Assembly (NCBI GenBank): GCA_963767005.1
Contig: CAVYCN010000002.1
Span: 625,028-689,027, forward strand
Length of the DNA: 64,000 bases
Source: an uncultured Actinomycetes bacterium
GTDB taxonomy: Bacteria; Actinomycetota; Thermoleophilia; UBA2241
Direction of reading: 5' to 3'
Part shown: piece after piece, positions 19,070 to 28,939 of the stretch
How positions within the stretch are numbered: position 1 is the stretch's first letter
How the letters are laid out: each line of letters opens with the position of its first letter
The notes under the pieces: model-generated
What the model saw: the letters and a program-made list of their open reading frames with translations, nothing else
Told to the model about the DNA's origin: nothing
Database searches by the model: none
Made by a program: the position numbers and the translations under genes

Positions 19070-22000
19070 TCCCGGCTCGCCTGGCTCTTTGCCGACATAA
19101 TGCACTACAGAACGTCGCTCGCACCTTCACGGCTCCGCCGCAGACGGGACAAATCCGAGTCCGCTTGCCCAGCTCCCCAACATAGGCGCGCAGCGCCGCC
19201 ATGTCGCCGCGCGGAACCTCCAACCCGGCGGCCGCGAGCCGCGCTCGCGCCTCTTGCGTCGCAAGCGCCGTGAGCGCGGCGCGGTTCTCCGGTTGCGGTA
19301 GCGATTCACCCTTGAGGTTGCGCCGCAGTGTGCGCACGTCCACGTCCGCTGCTGCGGCAATTGCGCTCTGGCGCAGGGTCCTGAGCACGGGAACCACCAA
19401 CCGCACAAACGGATCGTTGCTCGGGTCGACATACTCGTTCATGACCTCGTCTTCGTCTTCGATAAGACCGTGCTGTACCTCTTTGAGGCGGTTGGTCTCC
19501 TTACCCACGTAGATGACGCGTAGCGCTTCGACTGGCCTGCGCCGCAACACTCCGACGGTTGTCTGCGAGCACGGCTGTCCACCTGGCGCGAGACTCTTGA
19601 ATTCGCGATGACAGCGGTATTCGGCGACCACATCGGCATAGGTCTTCACCCGGGCGACCCCGGGCGCGAGCGCGTCGCCTGTAGTCACGCGGTACGCCTT
19701 GCCGCTGTAGCGGTCCGTGTAGCGCAGCTTCAGCCATTGGCTCGGGTCGGCGTTGTACGGAGCGATGAGATGGAAGGGCTTGAGCGGGTCAATGCCGGGC
19801 GGGTGACCGAGCGGGGCAACTTGTGCCGAGAGCAGGAAGTTCTGGGGCTTGACCTGCGCGGCGTAGGGTCGACCCTTGTTTAGAGCCGCAAACAACGTCA
19901 GCGTGCGGGGGTCGTTAATGCCGACGCGACCGAGCGCGGGACGCGTAAACCAAGAGGGCGCTTGCGGCAATTCCCCGAGCACGTCGGCCGCGATGATGTA
20001 GTGCCATATCTCTTCGATCCAATCGTGCTCGCGTGAGTCGGGATCGCTCGGGTTGAGCAGGTGCCCCAAGCCGTGTCGTGAGTACTTGCGGATGACGGGG
20101 CGACCGTCGGCGTCCAAGTTGTACATGACATACCGCTTGGCGCTAATCGCGTAGCAGTACAGCTCGCGCTGCTCGCCGGTGACCTTGTCGAAGTTCTCGT
20201 CTTCGGCCTTCAGGACAGACCCGGACACGGCGTCGGGTTCATACGGATTGAGCGCCGCGAAGCGTTGGCGAACCTCTTCGACCTCCGCCCAGCTCAGGGC
20301 CTTGACGGCTTCACGTCCATCGCACAGGCGGTGCCGCCCGCCCGGACAGGCCAGCAGACCGCCGTCTTCGTTGCCGACTATCGCCAGCGAGTCGGTATCG
20401 CAGAACACATACGATCCGCCGCGCTCGCGCACGCTGCATTCAAGCAACGCCAGCATGAGGCGAGCGGCTGAGGTAATCAGGGCGGCCAGTGGCGGGAAGC
20501 AGAACGGGCCGGGCTTTTCGGGAGCCGCCACCTTGGTTGTAAACGGCTGCCCGTCGCTGTTCCAGGCGGTCACCTTGGCCTTGCGGTTGCCCGGCTGTTC
20601 CTTGCGGTTCATCTCCGCGAAGATGCCGTAGCTGCCGGCGTTGGCCGTCACCTTGAGCGCCTTCTGCAGGCGCTCGCGTTCGGTCGAATCGAGGGCCTGG
20701 TTGCGTTGCGTGCGCTTGCGTTCCTCGATAACCACCTTAAAGAAATCCTGCGCGCGCGGGTCGACCGGCACAGCGCCACGCAGCTTGGTCGGCCGCATGC
20801 CCTCTTGCTGTCCTTGCGCTTCGAGACAGAAGGCTTCCACCACCTGCGGTGTCTTGCCGGTCAGGAACTTGGCGGCGACCACGTCGGGCAGGGCAAACCA
20901 GACGGCGTTGTCACTTCTCAGGGGATTGGAGCCTATCTGCCAGCTTGGGCCGTGGGGGTCGTACTTCACGCGCACGGGGAAGGTGTCGTCCTGCGGTCTG
21001 ACCTTGACGAACGCCGCAAGCCGTGGCCACGTCTCGCGGCAAAAGCAATCCTCAAGGGTCACCGTGTCGAGGAACTCGGCGACCTCTCGCGTCGCCTCGA
21101 CGGCACGAATCTCGCCAGCGGTAAGCATGGCCCAGTTGCCGAGCAGGGCGTTGACCGTCGGATACATCGAAACGAAGTCCGTGTAGACGACCGGCAACGC
21201 CACCCGGCGAATGCGACATTCGGCCCGCCCGCCATAGAAGGCGTTCATCGCCGAGCCGAGCCTGTGGCGCGGGAAGTCGGGCTGGCGGGCAAGCACCGCG
21301 TCGAGGCGCATCGCCTTCTGATAGGACTTGGCAAGCGAGGCCGGCGAGAACGCCTTGGTCACCTGCAGCGGGATCGGGTGGCGCTCGAACTCCTCTAGCA
21401 GCTTCACGAGTAGCTCAGCCGTCGCCTTCACGTCGCGGCGGTTGTAGTCGACGTACTCGGGCGTGATCTTGCCGTGTTCTTCGGCTTGCTGCTTGGGGTG
21501 CTCGACGCCGAAATCCTCGCAGGCTTTGGCGAGCGTGTAGCTGCGGTCGGAGAGCGCGAAGGCCAGCGTGCGCAGGTCGAGGAAATGTCCCGAGAACGCG
21601 CTGCGGCGCTCCTTGCCGTCGTCGTCTTGCCAAGTCTCGTAATCTTCCGGGTCACCGACGCGGCGGTCGGTGAAGCGGAAGAGATGTTCCTTGGAGTTGA
21701 GACTCTTGATAATCAGCAATGGGCGATTGACGTCGGGCCGCAGCACGCCGCTCTCTTTGTCGGGGAAGTCCCACAGAGTGAAGGAGAAGCCACCGCCGTA
21801 TGAACGCCGAGCGTCTTTGACCTCGACGGCCAACCGCGACAGATCGAATGGCAGGTTGAATCCGACGACCAACGCCTGTGCCTTGTAGGCCGCCCGCCAG
21901 AACGGCCCCGTCACGTTCCGCTTCAGCCGTGGCTCGTAGCGCTTCACTACGAACTCGCGGCGTGAGTAGAGGTGTAGCGGCTTGCGGTAGCGCCGCACGT

Positions 22001-22310
22001 CGAGGTCGGCCTCATGGGCGGCGACATACTCCCGAAGGACGGCGAGCCCTTCGGGGTAGCGCTCGGGCAGCTCGTCGGCGTAGAAGATGCCCTCTTCAAG
22101 ACAACTGCCGGGCGCGTGCTTGCCGTAGGCAAGGGCGATGAACCGGTACGAGCCGAAGTTGAGCGCCTGCGTGGCATCGGTCGTGGTCTCGGTATCGATG
22201 ACCAGGGCGAACTTGGGCGGCGTGATGAGCGTCGGTTTGTTACGGTCGGGCGCATGGGCGGAGTCCGTGGACTCCGCCCATGCGCGTAGCGCTATCGTCT
22301 CGTGACTCAA
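19044..22310 (-). CDS. polB: family B DNA polymerase with C-terminal HTH and Zn finger (casposon PolB)
   Basis: Exo motifs IDTETT, GFNLPFD, YNRRDV; pol motifs YGGRAE, DFVSMYPT, KVTANAGSYG, CDTDS, KRY; TTG start overlaps the upstream TGA. Confidence 0.93.
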   Translation of the reverse strand: MSHETIALRAWAESTDSAHAPDRNKPTLITPPKFALVIDTETTTDATQALNFGSYRFIALAYGKHAPGSCLEEGIFYADELPERYPEGLAVLREYVAAHEADLDVRRYRKPLHLYSRREFVVKRYEPRLKRNVTGPFWRAAYKAQALVVGFNLPFDLSRLAVEVKDARRSYGGGFSFTLWDFPDKESGVLRPDVNRPLLIIKSLNSKEHLFRFTDRRVGDPEDYETWQDDDGKERRSAFSGHFLDLRTLAFALSDRSYTLAKACEDFGVEHPKQQAEEHGKITPEYVDYNRRDVKATAELLVKLLEEFERHPIPLQVTKAFSPASLAKSYQKAMRLDAVLARQPDFPRHRLGSAMNAFYGGRAECRIRRVALPVVYTDFVSMYPTVNALLGNWAMLTAGEIRAVEATREVAEFLDTVTLEDCFCRETWPRLAAFVKVRPQDDTFPVRVKYDPHGPSWQIGSNPLRSDNAVWFALPDVVAAKFLTGKTPQVVEAFCLEAQGQQEGMRPTKLRGAVPVDPRAQDFFKVVIEERKRTQRNQALDSTERERLQKALKVTANAGSYGIFAEMNRKEQPGNRKAKVTAWNSDGQPFTTKVAAPEKPGPFCFPPLAALITSAARLMLALLECSVRERGGSYVFCDTDSLAIVGNEDGGLLACPGGRHRLCDGREAVKALSWAEVEEVRQRFAALNPYEPDAVSGSVLKAEDENFDKVTGEQRELYCYAISAKRYVMYNLDADGRPVIRKYSRHGLGHLLNPSDPDSREHDWIEEIWHYIIAADVLGELPQAPSWFTRPALGRVGINDPRTLTLFAALNKGRPYAAQVKPQNFLLSAQVAPLGHPPGIDPLKPFHLIAPYNADPSQWLKLRYTDRYSGKAYRVTTGDALAPGVARVKTYADVVAEYRCHREFKSLAPGGQPCSQTTVGVLRRRPVEALRVIYVGKETNRLKEVQHGLIEDEDEVMNEYVDPSNDPFVRLVVPVLRTLRQSAIAAAADVDVRTLRRNLKGESLPQPENRAALTALATQEARARLAAAGLEVPRGDMAALRAYVGELGKRTRICPVCGGAVKVRATFCSALCRQRARRAGISPESPAR

Positions 22311-22729
22311 AGGGCGGCCTCCGGAAGCTCGCGCCACTCGGGGTACTCGCTGTCGAGCGAGGCGATGAACAGGCCAAGCAAGCCAGCGAGCCACACGAAG
22401 GTATCGGCAAGCTTGCGCAAAAGCGCAGCGGCGGCCACGAGAATCACGCTGGCGACGACCAACAGGATGCGCTTCGGCGGGTGGGTGAGGTCGACGCCCG
22501 CGTCGAGCATGTCGACGTGCAGCTTGCGATGACAGTTGCGGCAAAGCCAGACGGTCAGGTGGGGCAGGTTGCCAACGCCCGCGATGTGGTGATCTTCGAG
22601 CATCGTCTTGTCGACCTCGACAAAGCAGGCGGGGTCGTGCTCGCCACAGAACGGGCAGGCCGTGCCGGGCGGCACCTTGCGCTCGCGTTTGGCCGCTCTC
22701 GCGGCCTCGCCGATGGGATCGTCACTCAT
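22307..22729 (-). CDS. HNH-like zinc-binding protein
   Basis: CPFC...EDHHIAG...LCRNCHRKLH; hydrophobic C-terminal segment. Confidence 0.8.
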   Translation of the reverse strand: MSDDPIGEAARAAKRERKVPPGTACPFCGEHDPACFVEVDKTMLEDHHIAGVGNLPHLTVWLCRNCHRKLHVDMLDAGVDLTHPPKRILLVVASVILVAAAALLRKLADTFVWLAGLLGLFIASLDSEYPEWRELPEAAL

Positions 22730-22741
22730 GACTTCATCGCC

Positions 22742-23353
22742 TCATTTCTCGTAGGGTTCGTACTCAAGCTCGCCGCTGCGTTCCAGGTCCTCCAGGACCT
22801 CCGGGCGCGTCTCAAGCTCGCGGCCGCCGACCTTGACCCCGGCGAACTTGCGCAGCGGCTCGGCGTCGCCGGTCAGCAGGAACTTCTTGATGGCATTGGC
22901 GTGCTCGCCAACCAAGGTAGCCTGGCGCGAGCTGCGCAGGGACACCTCGACCACGCCCTCGGTCGTGACCGCGTTCATCACGCGGTAGAGGCGGTCGGAG
23001 CGGCTGGCCACCGTGCGGCCGCCCTCGCGACGCAACTGCTCGCCTGCGTACTTGGCGACGGTGTTCGGCGTCGTTCCGGCCTGCTGTGCGGCACGGGTCA
23101 ACGTCTCGCCGTGGCGAACCTTCGAGAGGGCGTCCAGGGCGCGGGCGCGAGCCTGCTTCTGCGAGGCGCGTAGCGAGCCATAGCCCTTCGCCGTTACCTT
23201 CTCGGCTGCCCTCTGCTGCCCGTGCCAGCTCGCAAAGCCCTGACGTTGGGCGAGGGCGTTGCGGTACTCGCGCTCCGTGTAGAAGGTCCGGTCCTTGAAG
23301 GCTCCGGAGCGCGGCGTGTAGGGCCGCGCCTTGGTGATGGGGGGTCGTGCCAT
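22742..23353 (-). CDS. basic HTH DNA-binding protein
   Basis: GETLTRAAQQAGTTPNTVAKY helix-turn-helix; AAGGAAGG RBS. Confidence 0.7.
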   Translation of the reverse strand: MARPPITKARPYTPRSGAFKDRTFYTEREYRNALAQRQGFASWHGQQRAAEKVTAKGYGSLRASQKQARARALDALSKVRHGETLTRAAQQAGTTPNTVAKYAGEQLRREGGRTVASRSDRLYRVMNAVTTEGVVEVSLRSSRQATLVGEHANAIKKFLLTGDAEPLRKFAGVKVGGRELETRPEVLEDLERSGELEYEPYEK

Positions 23354-23447
23354 GGCACCTTCCTTTGATCGTCGCGGCCACCTGCCGCGTTGATCCGGAA
23401 GGGTAGAGAGCGTGGCTCGCGCTGTGGCGAAGTTTCGCGCGGAGTTG

Positions 23448-23453
23448 TAGAAT
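23448..23453 (+). promoter_or_regulatory. -10 element TAGAAT, likely leaderless transcript for the gene at 23460
   Basis: TAGAAT ends 6 nt before ATG 23460; no clear RBS. Confidence 0.4.
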
Positions 23454-23459
23454 CACAGA

Positions 23460-24617
23460 ATGCCACGGCGTCTGTCGACAGCCTCATATCGCGAGCTGCG
23501 CAAGGAAGTCGACGAGCTGCTTTGGCCGCAGGAGAAACCACCCTCGATGACTCAGCTCGAACGCTGGCGGGGTGGTGGCTACATTCCGCGCACCGAACGT
23601 CACGGGCAGGGTCAGCGGCGCGGCATGTGGTCGCGTTACCCGCCGCAGACAGCCGAGCAGGTGGTCGCCCTACTGCGCGAGTTGCCGCGCAGTCACTCAC
23701 TCGACAGGGCCGCGTTGCGCCTGTTCTATCAGGGCTACTGGATTCGCAACGATGTGCTGCAGCGCGCCATTCTTGCCGAGATGACGCGCGTGCGCGTTCA
23801 AATGGAGATGTACGCCGGGACGCGACGCAGCACACGGCAGCCAAGTCCCGACCCCGAGCTAACCGCCACACGGCTTGCCCATCGGCTGGCGAGCGGCAGA
23901 CTGAGTGAGGAAACGCGGCGACAGACGGACCTCATGCTCGCCCACCTGGGCAAGGCGCTGCGTTGGGTTCGCGAAGACGCACCGCAGGACAACCTTGAGA
24001 CCGTCTATGCGAGCCTCTTCCATCTCTTCCTCAGTGGCGACCTGCTGCCCGGATCGGAGGATGTGCCCTATCAGGCGTGGGTCGCCTACGGCGGCGAGGC
24101 GGCGCTCGCCGGCACGCTCTCTGCCAAGACGGCCGTGGCCGTGGCGCAGCAAGTGGAGAGCGACGAGGTCGTTCGCGAGGTGCTCTGGCGTCTCAGCCTG
24201 CCCGGCCTTACCAAGACGGTGCAGGAGATGGAGACCGCCGACTTCGAACGCGCGCGCGACGACTGCGCCATGGTCGTCGACCTCGTGCTGTTTATCCTGC
24301 GAGTTCTGCTCGCCGCGCTTCCGCCCGACCTTGTTGCGCAACTGCCGTGGCGCGTGAGCAAGGGAGTCGACTGGAAGCTCGTGGCGAGTGTGGCCGCGCT
24401 GCCGCTGGTGTTCGATGTGCGCCGCAAGGAGGCAGACACCTTCGACGCCTTTCTCGCCATCGCACGCGAGCACCTGCCGCAGTGGCGAGAGCGCTTCGAG
24501 GCGGCCTTGCGAGCGGAGGTCTTCGACGACGAAGAGAAGCGTGATGCGATCCGCGCTGAGACGATTGCGGGCGCTCAGGGGGCGCTCGCGGCAGGCAAGC
24601 CAATCGTAGACGTTTGA
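23460..24617 (+). CDS. hypothetical protein with N-terminal MerR/excisionase-like HTH
   Basis: TQLERWRGGGYIPR...SRYP pattern; first gene of the cas1 transcription unit. Confidence 0.6.
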   Translation: MPRRLSTASYRELRKEVDELLWPQEKPPSMTQLERWRGGGYIPRTERHGQGQRRGMWSRYPPQTAEQVVALLRELPRSHSLDRAALRLFYQGYWIRNDVLQRAILAEMTRVRVQMEMYAGTRRSTRQPSPDPELTATRLAHRLASGRLSEETRRQTDLMLAHLGKALRWVREDAPQDNLETVYASLFHLFLSGDLLPGSEDVPYQAWVAYGGEAALAGTLSAKTAVAVAQQVESDEVVREVLWRLSLPGLTKTVQEMETADFERARDDCAMVVDLVLFILRVLLAALPPDLVAQLPWRVSKGVDWKLVASVAALPLVFDVRRKEADTFDAFLAIAREHLPQWRERFEAALRAEVFDDEEKRDAIRAETIAGAQGALAAGKPIVDV

Positions 24618-24680
24618 CAAAGTGCCCCCGCGACCGTGCGACCGGTCCGGGGGCGTGGCACTCGGAAAGGTAGTTCCGAA

Positions 24681-26243
24681 ATGCAGAACTATGTTAGCGC
24701 AACCTTCCGAAGCCTCGACTGCGCGGGCGGCGTCTGCGTGGTCGACGGCTACGGCGTCCAAGTCAGAGTCCGCAGACGGTCTCTCGTCGTTTCCGATGGC
24801 ATCGGACGGTTTCGCAGAGAGCGCAGCTTCGCCAAGGCGCTCGTCGGAATCAAGCGGCTCGTGATACTCAGCCACGAGGGCGCAATTACCCTCGAAGCGC
24901 TGCGCTGGCTAACCGACGCGGGAATCGCTTTTCTGCAGATCGACCGCGACGGCGAGGTGATTGCCGCTTCCGCGAGTTACGGGCTCAGCGATCCGCGTCT
25001 GCGTCGTGCGCTGGCACTCGCGACGACAAATACCGCTGGCCTCGAAATCGCGCGATTTCTACTGCACGCGAAGATCGCAGGTCAGGAACGCAATCTGACG
25101 CGGCCGATATTCGCGAATAACGTCCGCGCTGAAGTATCCGATTGCCTGAATGTCGCCAAAAATGCGCGGTCAATTCCCGAGATACTGACGGCCGAGGCGC
25201 GGGGCGCTTTGGCGTATTGGGGAGCCTGGAAGGATGTTTCCCTGCGGTTCGCTCGTAAGGAGGAGAAATCAATTCCCGAGTACTGGCGGACATTCGGGCA
25301 GCGGCGCTCACCGATTACCGACTCACCGCGCCTGGCGGCGAATCCCGCGAACGCTACCCTCAATTACCTCTATGCCCTGCTTGAGGCGGAGTGCCGCTTC
25401 GCCTGCCTAGCGTGTGGGCTCGATCCGGGGCTCGGCGTGTTCCACGCAGACCAGAAATCGCGCGACTCGTTGGCACTCGATCTCATGGAGGCGGTGCGAC
25501 CGAAGGTCGACGCCTACCTGCTGGACTTGATCGAAGCGCGCACCTTCAGCTCCAAGGATTTCGTCGAGACGAGAAGGGGCGTCTGCCGCGTGCTTGCGCC
25601 GCTCACACACACGCTGGCAGAGACCGCGCCACGATGGGCGGAGGCGGTTGCACCGGTCGTCGAAAACGTCGCCGCGCTAGTCGTCTCAGGCGGCGAGCTT
25701 CAGTTGCGCCTTCCGACACCGCTCACACAGGCGAACCGCAGTGCCGGGCGCAACAGAGTGCGTCGCAACCCGACGAAGGCCAAGCCGGCGAGGGCCAAGC
25801 TCGCGACGACCTGCGCGAACTGTGGCGGTGCGCTGCCGAGCCCTGACCGCATGTTCTGCAACGACTGTCTGCCAGAGCACGAGAAAGAGAAGCTAGTCCT
25901 TTTCTGCGAGGCCGGATCGGTTGCGTTGGCGCGTCTCCGGGCGGAGGGTCGCGATCCGACCACAACCGACGATGCAAAGAAGAAACTCAGAGACGCGCAC
26001 TGTCGCCACGTCTCCGACGCTGCGCGCTGGGACGCCGAACACGAGCCTTGCGACAGGGCGGAGTTCATTGAGAAGATACTGCCCGGGCTTCAAGGTGTAC
26101 CGCTTTCAAGGATGATGGACGCGACCGGCCTGTCACTGCGCTACTGTTCGAAGATTCGACGGGGGCGCGTGCCGCACCCGATGCACTGGGACGCATTGCG
26201 ACTGTGCGAACGCGGCGCATCTGGTGCTGGCGTCGACGGATGA
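24681..26243 (+). CDS. cas1: Cas1 endonuclease (casposase) with C-terminal Zn finger and HTH
   Basis: ITLEALRWL, AEARGALAYW, NATLNYLY, GLDPGLGVFHAD, LALDLMEAVRP; CANC...CNDC; terminal HTH ending PHPMHW. Confidence 0.95.
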   Translation: MQNYVSATFRSLDCAGGVCVVDGYGVQVRVRRRSLVVSDGIGRFRRERSFAKALVGIKRLVILSHEGAITLEALRWLTDAGIAFLQIDRDGEVIAASASYGLSDPRLRRALALATTNTAGLEIARFLLHAKIAGQERNLTRPIFANNVRAEVSDCLNVAKNARSIPEILTAEARGALAYWGAWKDVSLRFARKEEKSIPEYWRTFGQRRSPITDSPRLAANPANATLNYLYALLEAECRFACLACGLDPGLGVFHADQKSRDSLALDLMEAVRPKVDAYLLDLIEARTFSSKDFVETRRGVCRVLAPLTHTLAETAPRWAEAVAPVVENVAALVVSGGELQLRLPTPLTQANRSAGRNRVRRNPTKAKPARAKLATTCANCGGALPSPDRMFCNDCLPEHEKEKLVLFCEAGSVALARLRAEGRDPTTTDDAKKKLRDAHCRHVSDAARWDAEHEPCDRAEFIEKILPGLQGVPLSRMMDATGLSLRYCSKIRRGRVPHPMHWDALRLCERGASGAGVDG

Positions 26244-26268
26244 GGCTGGTGCGGAATAGACTCGCTCG

Positions 26269-26997
26269 GTGTTCACAAAGGAACACATTCTAGCTGAGAT
26301 TCAGCGCACCGCCGGAGCGAACGGCGGCCGACCGCTCGGTCGCGCGCGGTTTGAGGCCGAGACCGGAGTTCGCGAAGGTGACTGGCTCGGTCGCTACTGG
26401 ACGAAGTGGGGGGACGCGCTCTCAGAGGCAGGCTTTGCGCCAAACACCTTGAACGCGGCCATCCCAACTGTTGACCTGATCGAAAGGCTCGCGCGGCTGG
26501 CTCGCGAAGTCGGGCACTTCCCGACAGACGCGGAGTTGAAGATGAAGCATGGACTCGACCCATCCTTCCCGAGTTCCAACACGTTCTGGCGGCTTGGGTC
26601 GAAGCGCCAACGCGCACAGGCGGTTCTAGAGTTCTGCGAACGCTCGGGCAACCTCGACGACGTTGCCGCCCTGTGCCAACAGCTCACCGACGGCGAGCCG
26701 ATGGCCCACTCCGACCCCGCCCTGCGCGATGAAGCCGGGCCGAAGGGCTTTGTCTACCTGATGAAGTCCGGAAGGTACTACAAGATAGGTCGCAGCGTCT
26801 GCGCCGAGAAGCGCGCGCGCGAGGTACAGCTTGTGCTTCCCGAGGAATTGAGGCTCGTTCACAAGATAGCGACAGATGATCCAGTCGGCATCGAGGCCTA
26901 CTGGCATTCGCGGTTTGCCGCCAAGCGGAAGATGGGCGAGTGGTTCGACCTGAGAGCCGACGATGTGGCGGCTTTCAAACGCAGGAAGTTTATGTAG
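26269..26997 (+). CDS. GIY-YIG (T5orf172/MUG113-like) protein with N-terminal homing-endonuclease-type repeats
   Basis: GFVYLMKSGRYYKIGRS...EAYWH..F...GEWF. Confidence 0.8.
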   Translation: MFTKEHILAEIQRTAGANGGRPLGRARFEAETGVREGDWLGRYWTKWGDALSEAGFAPNTLNAAIPTVDLIERLARLAREVGHFPTDAELKMKHGLDPSFPSSNTFWRLGSKRQRAQAVLEFCERSGNLDDVAALCQQLTDGEPMAHSDPALRDEAGPKGFVYLMKSGRYYKIGRSVCAEKRAREVQLVLPEELRLVHKIATDDPVGIEAYWHSRFAAKRKMGEWFDLRADDVAAFKRRKFM

Positions 26998-27088
26998 CCC
27001 ATTCGTCCTAGCCGATCCGGAGGAACTAGGTACGTCGTCGCACCAAGTAGAAGCGAACCGGCCAGCCAGTTGCCGAGTTACCCTCAGC

Positions 27089-28114
27089 ATGCTCACCTTG
27101 GTTGTGTTATCAGTGCTCGTGGCCGGATGCGCGCCTGCAGCCACGACCACCGGAGCTGCGCGCAGCTTGGGCTGGATCGCACAACAGTCTGGCACCGGAA
27201 ATGGCCTCATGGGCGTCTGCTTCACCAGTGCCAACGATGGCTGGGCCACTGGAGAGGCCGGCATGCTGCTTGCCACCTCAGACGGCGGTGCCCATTGGCA
27301 AACGGTCGACTGTGGCACTTGGGAGGACCTCTTCGATGTCACCTTCACGGACAGATCGCACGGCTGGCTACTCGGCAACGACGAGGTGATACGCACCTCG
27401 GATGGTGGCAAGCACTGGTCGGTCGTGAGGCTCGCCCCGCCAAACGCGGGTCTGGCCTTGGCGGCGCTTGCGTTCACCGACCGTCTCCATGGTGCTGCGA
27501 CAGGGGTAATCGCACGCGGCAACCACCAGGTGGGCGTCATCTTCTACACGTCCGACGGTGGCGCACATTGGCGCACGGCGTGGAAGCAGAGCCCGACATT
27601 TCGCTTCACCAAGTATGAACGGTTCCTGCAACATGCGGCCGGTGTCACGAGCGAAACAGTCGGACTGGGTGAGATTGCCGTTGTCGATCGTCAGCACCTC
27701 GTGGTCACAGACGGCGGAGGCATCTGGTTGGCCAGCCGGGACGGAGGCGCAAGCTGGTATCTCCTTGCGAACAGCGAGTTCGCTGACGGCCTGCGCTCGC
27801 CGGTGTTCCCAACCCCATCTCAAGGATGGGCGGTCACAGCACGAGGCGGGATAGTGGAGAGCAACGACGGGGGCCGCACGTGGCAGCTTCGCCAGACCGT
27901 TGGCCAGTACTCGCTGTACCAGATCGCCTTTGCCAGCAAGACGGTCGGATGGGTCGTTGGTGATGGCGGGCTGTTCCGAACGACAGACGGCGGCGCGCAT
28001 TGGACTGCCGTGCCTGGGCTTCTGCCGGCTTCGTCGCCGCAAGCGGAGGCGTTTGTGGGGCCGGACCACGGCTGGATCGTCGGCGATGGCGGAAGCATCT
28101 ACGCCTTCCGCTAG
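27089..28114 (+). CDS. YCF48/BNR-repeat beta-propeller lipoprotein, copy 3
   Basis: LVAGC lipobox; multiple TSDGG.HW repeats; start uncertain. Confidence 0.85.
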   Translation: MLTLVVLSVLVAGCAPAATTTGAARSLGWIAQQSGTGNGLMGVCFTSANDGWATGEAGMLLATSDGGAHWQTVDCGTWEDLFDVTFTDRSHGWLLGNDEVIRTSDGGKHWSVVRLAPPNAGLALAALAFTDRLHGAATGVIARGNHQVGVIFYTSDGGAHWRTAWKQSPTFRFTKYERFLQHAAGVTSETVGLGEIAVVDRQHLVVTDGGGIWLASRDGGASWYLLANSEFADGLRSPVFPTPSQGWAVTARGGIVESNDGGRTWQLRQTVGQYSLYQIAFASKTVGWVVGDGGLFRTTDGGAHWTAVPGLLPASSPQAEAFVGPDHGWIVGDGGSIYAFR

Positions 28115-28304
28115 TTCGGCTCCGCCCACAGCCGCCCCGGGCCGACCATGCTGGGGAGCCGGGCGGCGGCCCTGCACGCCCGTCGTCCTGACGACAACCG
28201 CCGGTGGGTAGGCGAGCCGGACGGACTCGGACAGGCGGAGTCTCGCGCATTCCTCGTGGTGCTCCTCACACTCGATAGGTAGGATCACCTCCAGGAGGCG
28301 GCCC

Positions 28305-28910
28305 ATGTTCGAGGCGCAATACGTCTTCAGCCCATCTGTCGCCCGTCGCGCCTTCGTGAGCGCACTGTGGCACGAGCACAGTTCCTTCGTCTGCGCGGTC
28401 GTCACTGCTCTCGGAGTTGCAGTTGTCGGCATGCGCTGGTCAGCAGTCCGCCTGCCATGCGTCTTTGTCGCAGGATTTGCGTGTTTTCCGTGCTTTGTGG
28501 CGGCGGTGGTGTTTCTTCGGGTAGGTCCCAACGCGAAGGAGCAAACGGGAACCGTCGAGCTTCGATTCACCGAGGAAATCTTGGAGTGCTCGGCTCCATG
28601 GGGGCACTCTTCAGTCCCGTGGTCCGCGCAGTCCGCCTCGTATCTGACTCGCGGCTTCGTCGTCTTCGTGAGATCCAACAAGAAGCAACTCTTCGTACCG
28701 CGCAAGGCCTTAGGTGTGGAGGCGCTGGCCTTTGTCCGAGAGAGACTGGACATCGCGAGGCTTCTTTCTGACGTCTCCCCCCCCGAGTTCGTAGCTCACC
28801 CGGCCACATCCCCACTTTCCGGCAAGCCCCATTCCCGACTCTACCCCCAGACGCCACCGGGCCGACCACACCGGGGATCCGGGCGGCGACCTCCACACTT
28901 ATCACCCTGA
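28305..28910 (+). CDS. membrane protein, YcxB-like
   Basis: Two TM helices then a ..W....FVPRKAL pattern; GGAGG RBS. Confidence 0.5.
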   Translation: MFEAQYVFSPSVARRAFVSALWHEHSSFVCAVVTALGVAVVGMRWSAVRLPCVFVAGFACFPCFVAAVVFLRVGPNAKEQTGTVELRFTEEILECSAPWGHSSVPWSAQSASYLTRGFVVFVRSNKKQLFVPRKALGVEALAFVRERLDIARLLSDVSPPEFVAHPATSPLSGKPHSRLYPQTPPGRPHRGSGRRPPHLSP

Positions 28911-28939
28911 CGGCGACTCCCGGCAGGTAGGCGAGCCGC

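Noticed and set aside
24681-26243. cas1 as evidence of a CRISPR-Cas locus
   Set aside because: No cas2, effector genes or repeat-spacer array in the window; the context is PolB plus TIRs and a TSD.
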